The notes beneath the pieces were generated by a model, which saw only the letters and a program-made list of their open reading frames with translations, did no database searches and was not told the DNA's origin. Of a stretch of 32,000 bases of DNA, positions 8,919 to 17,741 are shown piece after piece. Numbering within the stretch: the first letter of the stretch is position 1; each line of letters begins with the position of its first letter. Made by a program: the position numbers and the translations under genes. This DNA is from Acaryochloris thomasi RCC1774 (GTDB lineage Bacteria > Cyanobacteriota > Cyanobacteriia > Thermosynechococcales > Thermosynechococcaceae): the NCBI RefSeq assembly GCF_003231495.1, contig NZ_PQWO01000003.1:210001-242000 (forward strand), read 5' to 3'.

Positions 8919-9983
8919 CTATTGGCGAATGGGGCCGTTGTAGTCAATGGTTAACTTGTTGTCCTGAGCAACGGTAATCTCCGACTCTAGCAATTGTGCT
9001 TCGGCACCGGGACTTCCTCCACGAAACTTGAAGGTAATGCTGCCGTTCGTATTCTTGACGTGGGGTGCTTGGGACGCAGGGCCAAACATCCGAGGATCAG
9101 GTCGATACTGACCTAAACCACCATTCGTCTGGATTGCAGCTTGTCGAGCGAGGTTCTTGGCTCGTGCAAGAAAGAGGTCAGCGTTCAAGGCGGTATCAGC
9201 GGCGGCTGATGGAGCTACTGCAGTAGTGGCCTGAGGCTGGGGTGACTGGGGTCGCGGAACACTAGCAACAGTCGTAGGAGCAGAGGGAGTCGGCAGTTCC
9301 TGCTCGAAGGGGCGAATGGTCACAGGTTGCGGACGTGAAGACTGAGGGCTGAGTTTAGGTAGGTCATCCCGTGGAGCAGAAGGAGCCGATGGAGCAGGGG
9401 CGACCGGCAAAGACGGCAGCGTCTGCAATGGTGCGGGAGCGGGCCGTTGCGGTACAGGGGGAGCTGCTGTCGGCTGTGGTGCAGGGGCAGGAGCAGCAGG
9501 AGTCCAGCCAGGTGACGGATTTGAGGAAGGAGCCGATGGGGGCGCAGCCACGTTGGAGCCACGGATAGGGCCGTTGTAGTCTAAATTGACCGCACCGCTA
9601 CTGACAACGGTCGCAACGGTTTCGATGGTTTGGGCACCTCCGGGCGGGCCACCTTTGAAGGTGAAGGTCAGGCTACCATCAGCATTTTCGACGAAGGGGG
9701 CGGTTAAGGCTGGACCTGACATCGCAGATTCTGCCCGATATTGGCTCAGGCCACCATTAGCTCGCTCAGCAGCTTGTCGGGCGAGGTTCTTGGCCCGACT
9801 GCGAAAGTAGGGTGACTGCCCTGGTTCAGAGGGTGCGCTGCTCGCTGGCGGCGGTGAGCTAGAGGGAGTCGAAGGGCTAGGAAATGGTTCAAATCCCTGT
9901 GCCCCAACGGAAAGGGGAAATAGGGGAACCGCTAGAAGCGTAAAGAGAGGCAGATTACTTAGCTTAAACATAGGAGGAGACAC
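8919..9983 (-). CDS. secreted proline-rich protein with two copies of an unassigned ~83-aa domain
   Basis: There is a signal peptide (..FKLSNLPLFTLLAVPLFPLSVGA/QG). The two homologous modules are residues 59-141 and 270-353, separated by a P/A/S-rich linker. The longest start is the GTG at 9983; the ATG at 9971 is the likelier true start. Confidence 0.75.
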   Translation of the reverse strand: MSPPMFKLSNLPLFTLLAVPLFPLSVGAQGFEPFPSPSTPSSSPPPASSAPSEPGQSPYFRSRAKNLARQAAERANGGLSQYRAESAMSGPALTAPFVENADGSLTFTFKGGPPGGAQTIETVATVVSSGAVNLDYNGPIRGSNVAAPPSAPSSNPSPGWTPAAPAPAPQPTAAPPVPQRPAPAPLQTLPSLPVAPAPSAPSAPRDDLPKLSPQSSRPQPVTIRPFEQELPTPSAPTTVASVPRPQSPQPQATTAVAPSAAADTALNADLFLARAKNLARQAAIQTNGGLGQYRPDPRMFGPASQAPHVKNTNGSITFKFRGGSPGAEAQLLESEITVAQDNKLTIDYNGPIRQ

Positions 9984-10094
9984 CCAAAACCATAATTCAC
10001 GACGCCGGAATGGAGCGCTACAGGATCAGACGCTATAGGCCACTCGGTGTTCCTAGCTGCTGATGAAAGCCAGGAGATTTATGTCTATTTTAGC

Positions 10095-11456
10095 CTAGCC
10101 CTCAGCCTTGGTTGTCAGGCGAGGAAAGGTCTGTCCTATGGGTCTGGCTGATGGTTGGGGTAGGGAAACGGTGAAGGTTGTCCCCTGCTGGATACGACTA
10201 ACGACCTGAATGTGACCCTGATGGTTTTCGATAATTGTCTGAACGATGGCTAACCCTAATCCTGTGCCTGAACTTGTAGGCAGAGCAGACTTTCTCCGGG
10301 CTGGATCCACTCGATAAAAACGATTAAACAAATATGGGAGCGAGGTGTCAGGAATACCGATACCGGTATCGCTAACGTCCACTTTCAAGTATGGCAATCC
10401 TTGACGCTGGGTTTGCTGGAGATGAATTTCGATACTGCCGCCAACAGGGGTGTACTGCAGGCTATTGCTCACTAAGTTGGTAAATAGGCGAGCAAGCTGA
10501 TCATAATCACCGAGAAGTGTATAGGGTTCTTCTCCGGGGAGAGAGGCTAAGTCACCCAAATCTAGGGATAAGTTAATTTGCTGGGTGGTTGCGATCGCAT
10601 CTTGTTCTTCCACCACTTGCATCAGGAGGGCATCAAGCGGACAGGGCTGCATTTGCATCTGCCCCACCCCACCCTCTTGACGGGCCAGGAATAGCAGATC
10701 GTCCACCAGTCTTCCGAGGCGCTGGGTCAACCGTTCCACGACCATGAGCTGCTGTCGCTGATCTTGAGAATCGGCATCGGTCTCCGTGAGCGCCACTTGA
10801 ACGTTGGTTTGAATCAGCGCAATAGGATTGCGTAGCTCATGGGATGCATCAGCCGTAAACTGCTTGAGCTGCTGGTACGACTCCTGAATCGGCTCAATGG
10901 CTAGGCGTGAGAGGAACCAACCCACCGCCGCCACTAGTGCAATCAGCAAGCTGGTACCTAAGCTCAGATCAATCACCAACTGTCGGGCTGGTTTGGTGAC
11001 CTCAAACCAAGGATGACTGACTCGCAGAAAGCCAATCACGTCTTTTCCATCCGTGAGCTTACGGGTCACCTGGCGCAGCCAATAGTCCGGCGAGATCTCA
11101 ACCGTAACGCCCCCCGGACTCAGGCGAATCGGGACATCAATCGGCTCTTTAAAAGTTGACCACAGCAGAACTCCGGTGGGGCCATACCATTCGAGATCGA
11201 TGCGATCGTCTTCCACCGCTTCCGGGGGACTGCCAAAGCTGGCCTGTAAGTTGATCCGATCTGCCGCCATTGGCGCACTTGCGTCCACAACCAGCGAGCG
11301 CTGCACCACCTCTACGACATGGCTAAGGGTGTCGTCAACGCGCTCAATCAAAGTGCCACGAACATAGATATAGAAGCCGCTGGCAAACAGCAGCAGCAGC
11401 ACCGCCGTGACGACGGTATACCAGAGGGCTAGACGGCGGCGGGTGGCTTGAAACAT
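10095..11456 (-). CDS. two-component sensor histidine kinase (two TM helices, periplasmic loop, HisKA + HATPase_c)
   Basis: 453 aa. H-box FTADASHELRNP, N-box LVSNSLQYT, G-boxes DTGIGI and GTGLGLAIV. TM helices lie near residues 10-30 and 160-180. Confidence 0.9.
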   Translation of the reverse strand: MFQATRRRLALWYTVVTAVLLLLFASGFYIYVRGTLIERVDDTLSHVVEVVQRSLVVDASAPMAADRINLQASFGSPPEAVEDDRIDLEWYGPTGVLLWSTFKEPIDVPIRLSPGGVTVEISPDYWLRQVTRKLTDGKDVIGFLRVSHPWFEVTKPARQLVIDLSLGTSLLIALVAAVGWFLSRLAIEPIQESYQQLKQFTADASHELRNPIALIQTNVQVALTETDADSQDQRQQLMVVERLTQRLGRLVDDLLFLARQEGGVGQMQMQPCPLDALLMQVVEEQDAIATTQQINLSLDLGDLASLPGEEPYTLLGDYDQLARLFTNLVSNSLQYTPVGGSIEIHLQQTQRQGLPYLKVDVSDTGIGIPDTSLPYLFNRFYRVDPARRKSALPTSSGTGLGLAIVQTIIENHQGHIQVVSRIQQGTTFTVSLPQPSARPIGQTFPRLTTKAEG

Positions 11457-11476
11457 TGCGATCTCAACCCCGAAAT

Positions 11477-12043
11477 TTACTCAGCAGCCTCCATCGCTAG
11501 CTTCTCCTTATCACGCTTACGCTTCTTGGCGTATAGCTGAATCGTCACCACCATCGCCAGCACCATGCCAAAGACAACCCATACAGTCGCATCGGTGGGC
11601 AAGCTATTCTTAAACACCGCCAGCAGTACGATGACCAGCAACAAAATTGTCGGAGCCTCATTCAACGCCCGCAACTGCTGCCCCGTCCAGCCGCAAGTAC
11701 CCGCAGCCAACTGCTTCATCAAGCGGCTGCAATAGAGGTGATAAACCACCAGACCCGCCACAAACACCAGCTTGACCTGTAGCCAACCTTGTTTCAGGAC
11801 CTCTGGCTCAGTGGTGAGCAAGCCAATCGCCATCACAACCGTGACCGCCATTCCAGGCGTCGTGATGATCGTGTACAGCCGCTTCTCCATCAACGCATAC
11901 TGATTCTTGAGAATGGACTGAGCGGGTTCTGGTTCCTCATTCGCTTCAGTGTGATAGATAAACAAGCGAACCAAATAAAACAGGCCCGCGAACCAAACTA
12001 CGACGCCAATAATATGAAAGGCTTTAAACCAAAAATAAGGCAT
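11477..12043 (-). CDS. hemJ: protoporphyrinogen IX oxidase HemJ
   Basis: The N-terminus MPYFWFKAFHIIGVVVWFAGLFYLVRLFIYH matches the HemJ (slr1790-type) family. I chose the ATG at 12043; in-frame alternatives lie at 12058 and 12118. Confidence 0.8.
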   Translation of the reverse strand: MPYFWFKAFHIIGVVVWFAGLFYLVRLFIYHTEANEEPEPAQSILKNQYALMEKRLYTIITTPGMAVTVVMAIGLLTTEPEVLKQGWLQVKLVFVAGLVVYHLYCSRLMKQLAAGTCGWTGQQLRALNEAPTILLLVIVLLAVFKNSLPTDATVWVVFGMVLAMVVTIQLYAKKRKRDKEKLAMEAAE

Positions 12044-12213
12044 GACTGTCTGCTCCATTGCGACCCTTAGAATCAATCCTAAACCAGCACTGCTCCAATC
12101 ATGCAGGCTGTATCTCAACCATTAACTTCCATGAAGTATTCAGAAACTCTACGCTTTCATTAGTCGTTCTCAAATTACTCGTAGCCTCATCGTTCTGGAT
12201 GACCTAGCTGACC

Positions 12214-13770
12214 TTAGAGAAGCTGAGCACCCGGCTTGCCCGCTTCTACGGCATAACTCTCCAAAGTCCGAAGACCTGCATCTGGCTCCTTGACGGTATC
12301 AACGACTTGTAGCCGACTGACCCATTGCTGCGGCTCAATCGTGCATTGTACATAGCCCCGTAGGCGGCTCTCAAAAAACTTGATGTGGGGATTATCAGGT
12401 AAAAATAAAGAAAATACATCGTAGTTTGGTCCACCCGAGCTAATAGAGGTTCCCACAAACTCAGTGGCGACCACAGGTGCCTCGTCATCTTGATAGTCAG
12501 TCTTAAGATCGGTGACCCAAAAGGAATGAAGATCACCTCCCAGCATTACCGGATTAGAAAGCTGACGTTGTTCGATAAATTTCAGTAAACGCTGACGGGT
12601 GGGGGCATACCCATCCCAGCCGTCAGACCAAAAGCCAGGAACTTCCCCTAGCTTCTGCGCCAGTTGAGCCATGAGCTGCTGCTGAGCCAGCACATTCCAC
12701 TGAGCCTGGGATTTCGTCCATCCATCCAGCAGCCATTTTTCCTGCGTTGCCCCTAACATTGAGCGCTGCGGATCAAGACGCTCCTCGCAGCCGTAGACCA
12801 TTTGACCGCCTCCCTTCCCATTGCCATCACAGGCTTGGTCATCTCGATACTGGCGGGTATCGAGAACGCTAAACTCCGCTAGATTGCCAAATCGGAACCG
12901 GCGATAGAGCTGTAGGTTGGGGCCACTCGGTCGAGCACTGGGCCGCAGCGGCATGTGTTCGTAGTAAGCCTGATACGCTGCGGCCCGTCGTTTGAGAAAT
13001 TCTGCCCCTTTGACGAACTTCTGCGACTCATCACTGGCGTAATCATTCTCGACCTCATGATCATCCCAAGTGACAATAAAGGGAACCACGGCATGCGCTG
13101 CCTGCAAATCAGGATCCGTTCGATAGAGAGCATAGCGCAGCCGGTAGGTCTCTAGATCAACAGGATTGCCCCCCACGTGCTGACGGATGCGACCCGGCCG
13201 AGGTTTGCCTTCATAGATGTAGTCGCCCAGGTGAAACACAACATCTAAATTGGCTTGCGCGAGATGTTTGTAGGCGGTGAAATACCCTTTCTCATAATGC
13301 TGGCAAGAGACCATGGCCAGCTTCAGCGACTGATCACCATCTCCAGGGGCAGGCGCGGTGCGGGTTCGCCCCACCGGACTCATCTCGCGACCCGCCTTAA
13401 ATTGATACCAATACCAATGTCCAGGTCGAAGCCCTTCAACCACCACGCGGACAGAATGTGCCAGCTCCGGCGTAGCCAAAACAGTACCCTTCGCCACCAC
13501 CTGACGCATCGCTTCGTCAGTAGCAACCTGCCATTGAATCGGAATATTCGTTGGGGGTAACGACGGCTCTCGCAAAGGATTGGGGGCTAATCGAGTCCAG
13601 AGCACAACGCTCATGGGCCAAGGGTCACCGGAAGCAACCCCCAAGCTGAAGGGATAGTCAGAGAATCCAGATTGAGGAGTAAAGGTGCTGCTGGAGCCCA
13701 CCGTTGCCCCACCCTTAACGAGGCTGCAACTGAGGGCGCTCGTCGCGAGTAAAAAGTGTCGCCGTTTCAT
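12214..13770 (-). CDS. phoD: alkaline phosphatase D (PhoD) family protein with Tat-type signal
   Basis: 518 aa. It has the leader MKRRHFLLATSA and the PhoD motifs FSLGVASGDP..VVLWTRL, HLGDYIYE, TWDDHEVENDY and GGDLHSFWV. Confidence 0.9.
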   Translation of the reverse strand: MKRRHFLLATSALSCSLVKGGATVGSSSTFTPQSGFSDYPFSLGVASGDPWPMSVVLWTRLAPNPLREPSLPPTNIPIQWQVATDEAMRQVVAKGTVLATPELAHSVRVVVEGLRPGHWYWYQFKAGREMSPVGRTRTAPAPGDGDQSLKLAMVSCQHYEKGYFTAYKHLAQANLDVVFHLGDYIYEGKPRPGRIRQHVGGNPVDLETYRLRYALYRTDPDLQAAHAVVPFIVTWDDHEVENDYASDESQKFVKGAEFLKRRAAAYQAYYEHMPLRPSARPSGPNLQLYRRFRFGNLAEFSVLDTRQYRDDQACDGNGKGGGQMVYGCEERLDPQRSMLGATQEKWLLDGWTKSQAQWNVLAQQQLMAQLAQKLGEVPGFWSDGWDGYAPTRQRLLKFIEQRQLSNPVMLGGDLHSFWVTDLKTDYQDDEAPVVATEFVGTSISSGGPNYDVFSLFLPDNPHIKFFESRLRGYVQCTIEPQQWVSRLQVVDTVKEPDAGLRTLESYAVEAGKPGAQLL

Positions 13771-13813
13771 AGGGGTAGAAAGGTTGACATCACTTTCTAC
13801 AGACTACCTTGTC

Positions 13814-16414
13814 CTAGCGAGGCTTGGACGCTGTGGCAAGCTTCTCTAAAGCCTGGTCGAGGGAGTGTTCTAAGCCATCAAATTCAAGGGGGGACTCAGT
13901 GAGCTGTCGTCGATAGAGAGCCTTCATTTGGGTCTCAATCTCAGCTCTAAGATTTTCTAAGGCTCTCCCTTTTGCAGTTGTTTCAAGCCTTAAACAGACC
14001 ACATAGGCACCCTCTTTTTCTTCGACCGACTGCATCAAAATTTCAAGGTCTACGTGCTTTTGCCGAACACCTCGCAGAGCCAGCAACAGGGCGAGCCAAT
14101 CAATGCCTTGGATGAAGGTAATTTCGACGGTATCAAAGGCCACTGTCCGCACTTTTATCCATTGCTCAAACTCACCCGAGACAAAGACGCTGCTGGGAGC
14201 TAAAGGCATTCGTTCAGCGAATGTTCTCTTTTCAGGGTCAAGTGTGCGAAAGATGTAGTGGCACTGTAGATTGTGAAGCTGAGTCGAACGCCCGAGCTGC
14301 CACTCGGCAATACAGGCTCCTGTCAGTATGGCACCACTGAAATCAGTACCAACCACTCTGGTCATACTCAGATCGACATGGGTTAGATTGGTCCCTCTAA
14401 AACTGGCTTCGCAGAGATTCGCCCCACGGAGGTTAGCGCCTGTCAGGTTAGCGCTGCTTAGGTCGTGGCCGCTTAAATCACGCCCGCTGAGATTGACACC
14501 GCTGAGATTAACGCCGCTCAGGTTGGCCCCCTGCAAATCAGAATCACTGAGATCAGCGTGATGGAGAATGGCTGAGCTGAGGTCGGCAAAGCTCAGATTC
14601 GCTGAACCAAGATCGGCAAAGCTCAGATTAGTTGAATTAAGGTTGGCTCTGACGAACGTGACCGAGTTGAGGTTTGTCTTCATGAGATTGGTACGCCTGA
14701 GATTGGTACCGCTGAGGTCAGCAAAGTTGAGGTTGGCTTCGCTCAAAACGGTCTCGCTGAGGTTAGCCCCACTCAGATTGGCCTTAATCAGAATTGCCCT
14801 AGTCAAGTTAGCACGGGTCAGATTGGCCCGAATGAGATTCGCTCTACTGAGATTGGCGTCACTGAGATTGGCCTTTTTAAGGTTGGCAGAGGTGAGATTG
14901 ACTCTGATCAAAATGGCACCGCTCAGATCAGCATCGTAGAGATTGGTATCGCTGAGGATGGCATCACTCAGATCGGTATTGTGAAAGATCACAGAACTCA
15001 GATCGGATCGAATCAGATTGGACTTGACAAAAATCGCCCGACTTGCGTCGGCTTCACAGAGGTTGGCACGGTTCAGAATGGCTGCGCTCAAGTTTGCTCT
15101 GTGGAGGTTGCTGCTTCCAAGATTCGCGCCACTTAGATCAGCTTCAGTCAGATCGGCACGGTTCAAAATAGCCTTGCTTAAATTAGCTCTGATTAAGTTT
15201 GTTCCTCTGAGGTCGGTGTTGTGGAGGATTGCTCCACCGAGATCGGCCTTAATTAGATCTGCATTGCTAAGGTTGGCACCGCTGAGGTCAGTTTTGCGCA
15301 GGTTAGCACCACTGAGATTGGCACCGCTGAGATCCCGACCGCCAGCACCTTGATTGACGATTTCCCAAACGACACGCCACTTCTGGGTCAGTCGGGTTCC
15401 AGAGCTAATTTGAGTATCACGCAGGGTAGCAGCACTGAGATCGGCTTTCAGAAGATTGGCGTCGCTCAAATTGGCTCCACTGAAATCGGCCTCAGTCAGA
15501 TCAGCGCCACTAAGGTTAGCGCCGCTGAGATCAGCGCCACGCAGATCCACTTTATGAAGCAGCGCGCCATTGAAGTTGGCACCACTGAGATCGCTATGGC
15601 TGAGACTGGCGCGACTCAGCTCGACCTCGCGGCAGTCGGCACCACTTAAGTCGGCACGCTGAAGATTCGCCTTGATGAGAACGGCCCTAGTGAGAACAGC
15701 CTCTCGGAGATCGGCACTTGTTAGATTGACTCCGCTCAGGTTGGCTTCGCTCAGGTTGGCTTCGCTTAGGTTAGCTGCACTCAGATCTCTGCCGCTAGCA
15801 CCTTGATTAATAATTTCCCAAACGAGATGCCACTTTTGAGCTAGCTGAGTCCCACCGTTGATGCGAACGCCACAGAGGACAGCCCCACAGAGATTGGCTC
15901 TACTGAGATTAGCATCGCAAAGATTAGCGTCGCAGAGATTGGCATCGCGTAAGTTGGCACCTTTGAGGTTTACCGCACTGAGGTCAGCATTCTGCAGATC
16001 AGCGTTGTGGAGATTGGCAAAGCTAAGATTAGCGGAACTAAGATTAGCAGAGCTGAGACTAGCAGAGCTGAGACTGGCAGAGCTGAGATTAGCAGAGCTG
16101 AGATTAGCAGAGCTGAGGTTAACGGCACTAAGGTGGGCTCTGAAAAGATTGGCTCTAAAGAAATCCGTGGCGTGGAGGTCAAGACCACAGAGATCAGCGC
16201 TACGAAGATCGGCACCTTCTAAAACAAGCCCATCAGATTGTTGGTGTCGCCACTCATTCCAATGTTTTGGACTCTGACGCAATATTTCCTGTAGATCCCT
16301 GTCTGAATCAAGGATATCTTCATTGCTTAGCACCATTTCTTGATACCTACTCACCAACAACAAACGTCGCCCTCTAGAGTCAGCCCTTCCAGCCTCTAGA
16401 TTACTTTGAAGCAA
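13814..16414 (-). CDS. giant pentapeptide-repeat protein (about 115 A(D/N)LXX units) with a non-repeat C-terminal domain
   Basis: 866 aa. Residues 66-700 are almost continuous pentapeptide repeats (ANLSS, ADLSG, ANLIR...). The N-terminus has the WNEWR motif. The last ~165 aa are non-repetitive. The longest start is the TTG at 16414; the ATG at 16336 is an alternative. Confidence 0.9.
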   Translation of the reverse strand: MLQSNLEAGRADSRGRRLLLVSRYQEMVLSNEDILDSDRDLQEILRQSPKHWNEWRHQQSDGLVLEGADLRSADLCGLDLHATDFFRANLFRAHLSAVNLSSANLSSANLSSASLSSASLSSANLSSANLSFANLHNADLQNADLSAVNLKGANLRDANLCDANLCDANLSRANLCGAVLCGVRINGGTQLAQKWHLVWEIINQGASGRDLSAANLSEANLSEANLSGVNLTSADLREAVLTRAVLIKANLQRADLSGADCREVELSRASLSHSDLSGANFNGALLHKVDLRGADLSGANLSGADLTEADFSGANLSDANLLKADLSAATLRDTQISSGTRLTQKWRVVWEIVNQGAGGRDLSGANLSGANLRKTDLSGANLSNADLIKADLGGAILHNTDLRGTNLIRANLSKAILNRADLTEADLSGANLGSSNLHRANLSAAILNRANLCEADASRAIFVKSNLIRSDLSSVIFHNTDLSDAILSDTNLYDADLSGAILIRVNLTSANLKKANLSDANLSRANLIRANLTRANLTRAILIKANLSGANLSETVLSEANLNFADLSGTNLRRTNLMKTNLNSVTFVRANLNSTNLSFADLGSANLSFADLSSAILHHADLSDSDLQGANLSGVNLSGVNLSGRDLSGHDLSSANLTGANLRGANLCEASFRGTNLTHVDLSMTRVVGTDFSGAILTGACIAEWQLGRSTQLHNLQCHYIFRTLDPEKRTFAERMPLAPSSVFVSGEFEQWIKVRTVAFDTVEITFIQGIDWLALLLALRGVRQKHVDLEILMQSVEEKEGAYVVCLRLETTAKGRALENLRAEIETQMKALYRRQLTESPLEFDGLEHSLDQALEKLATASKPR
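16021..16125 (-). repeat. seven tandem 15-bp units (agctgagattagcag consensus) inside the pentapeptide gene
   Basis: Units start at 16021, 16036, 16051, 16066, 16081, 16096 and 16111. They encode the run SSANLSSANLSSASLSSASLSSANLSSANLSFANL. The period is exactly 5 codons. Confidence 0.85.
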
Positions 16415-16667
16415 GGTTGTTTCACACTGGCGAGAGAAAATTTTTCCTCGCTCTATCTAAGCAAAAGAGAGCGGTACATCAATTACGGGCTTTGCAAATA
16501 GATTTTCAGCAGGCTTCTAGAAGGGAAAACGCTCTCGTTCACTTGGGTCATCTTGCTTTGAGTGGTGGGCTATACTGCAGGCCCATGGCTCCCCCTCCAA
16601 CTGAACTTCACTCAGCACTTTTAGTGAAGCTCCTCTTAATATCAGATGGTATTGACGCGTGACTCAA

Positions 16668-16687
16668 AAGGTTGAGATCGCAACCTT
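16668..16687 (-). terminator. weak hairpin downstream of purM
   Basis: On the minus strand the sequence reads aaggttg-cgatct-caacctt followed by ttgag. The stem is only 7 bp and the T-run is short. Confidence 0.35.
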
Positions 16688-16721
16688 CCCCGACAACAGG
16701 TCAATATTAATCATCTATCCA

Positions 16722-17741
16722 CTATAAACCCGTTATCGTCTGAGTGCCCTCGGTAACGCTGCCTATTGCCCCCGCCCAGATGCCGTACTGCTCAAACCAA
16801 GTAACCAGCTCAGGGGCCATGTCGGCTGACACCACTAACACATAGCCAATCCCCATATTGAAGGTATCAAACATGGCCTCACGGCTGACGTGGCCAGCCG
16901 TCGACAGCCATGTAAAGATGGGGGGCACCGTCCACGTTCCTGGGTCTAAGTGAGCTGCCTGATTTTTTTGGAGACAGCGCGGTAAGTTTTCGGGCAAGCC
17001 CCCCCCGGTAATATGAGCCATGCTGTGAATGGCAAACCCACTTCGCAGTGCTTCTAACACGGGCTCAACGTAGATTTGAGTCGGCGTCAACAACATTTCG
17101 CCAAGGCTTTTTGTGAGCAGCTCAGGCCGATCATTCCAGCCAAAACCTCCGTCAGCAACAATCTTGCGGACGAGACTAAAGCCGTTACTGTGGACGCCTT
17201 GGCTGGCGAGGCCCACCACCACATCACCGACCTGTACCTGAGAACCGTCGAGGATCTTGGCTTTCTCTACGAGACCCACACAGAACCCGGCGAGATCATA
17301 TTCTTGCGGCTGATAAAACCCTGGCATCTCAGCGGTTTCGCCACCGAGAAGGGCGCAACCGGCTTGCTGACAGCCGGCGGAGATACCGGCAACCACCTGG
17401 GTAAGCTGATCAGGTTCCAAGTGACTGGTGGCGGCATAGTCGAGAAAGAAAAGTGGCTCGGCTCCGCAGGTCAAAACGTCGTTGACGCACATGGCCACGA
17501 GATCAATCCCCACTGTGTCGTGTTGATTGAGAGCCTGAGCAAGCTTCAACTTTGTCCCAACGCCGTCGGTGCCAGCCACAAGCACAGGTTCCTGGTAGCC
17601 CGTGGGCAGTTGAAATAAGCCGTTAAAGCCTCCGAGACCACCCAAAACTTCAGGACGGGCTGTTTGAGCGACTAAATCTTTGATGTTGTTGACGAAGGTG
17701 CGTCCGGCTTGGACGTCTACACCCGCTTCGCGGTAATCCAT
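16722..17741 (-). CDS. purM: phosphoribosylformylglycinamidine cyclo-ligase (AIR synthetase) PurM
   Basis: 339 aa with an ATG start. Motifs: [47 protein letters not shown]. Confidence 0.95.
   Translation of the reverse strand: MDYREAGVDVQAGRTFVNNIKDLVAQTARPEVLGGLGGFNGLFQLPTGYQEPVLVAGTDGVGTKLKLAQALNQHDTVGIDLVAMCVNDVLTCGAEPLFFLDYAATSHLEPDQLTQVVAGISAGCQQAGCALLGGETAEMPGFYQPQEYDLAGFCVGLVEKAKILDGSQVQVGDVVVGLASQGVHSNGFSLVRKIVADGGFGWNDRPELLTKSLGEMLLTPTQIYVEPVLEALRSGFAIHSMAHITGGGLPENLPRCLQKNQAAHLDPGTWTVPPIFTWLSTAGHVSREAMFDTFNMGIGYVLVVSADMAPELVTWFEQYGIWAGAIGSVTEGTQTITGL

Noticed and set aside
13801-13900. Search for an SphR/PhoB-type Pho box (tandem 8-bp CTTAACCT-like repeats at 11-bp spacing) upstream of phoD.
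   Set aside because: There are only weak partial matches (for example CTTGAATT) without the required periodic repetition, so I cannot support a call.
15897-16125. Regularly spaced short DNA repeats that could be mistaken for a CRISPR-like or satellite array.
   Set aside because: The period is only 15 bp with no unique spacers. The tract lies entirely in frame within a long ORF and translates to pentapeptide repeats. No cas genes are present in the window.
14328-16277. Plus-strand ORFs of 71-139 aa (14328-14561, 14568-14939, 15018-15353, 15350-15649, 15858-16277, 16007-16222) with LRLAE/LRSA-type repeats.
   Set aside because: They are antisense shadows of the pentapeptide gene. The 15-bp periodic coding repeat keeps the complementary frames open. 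Their low-complexity sequence mirrors the A(D/N)LXX units, and they have no independent start or RBS context.
17076-17618. 180-aa plus-strand ORF.
   Set aside because: It is fully antisense to purM, whose identity is unambiguous, and its sequence resembles no family I recognise.
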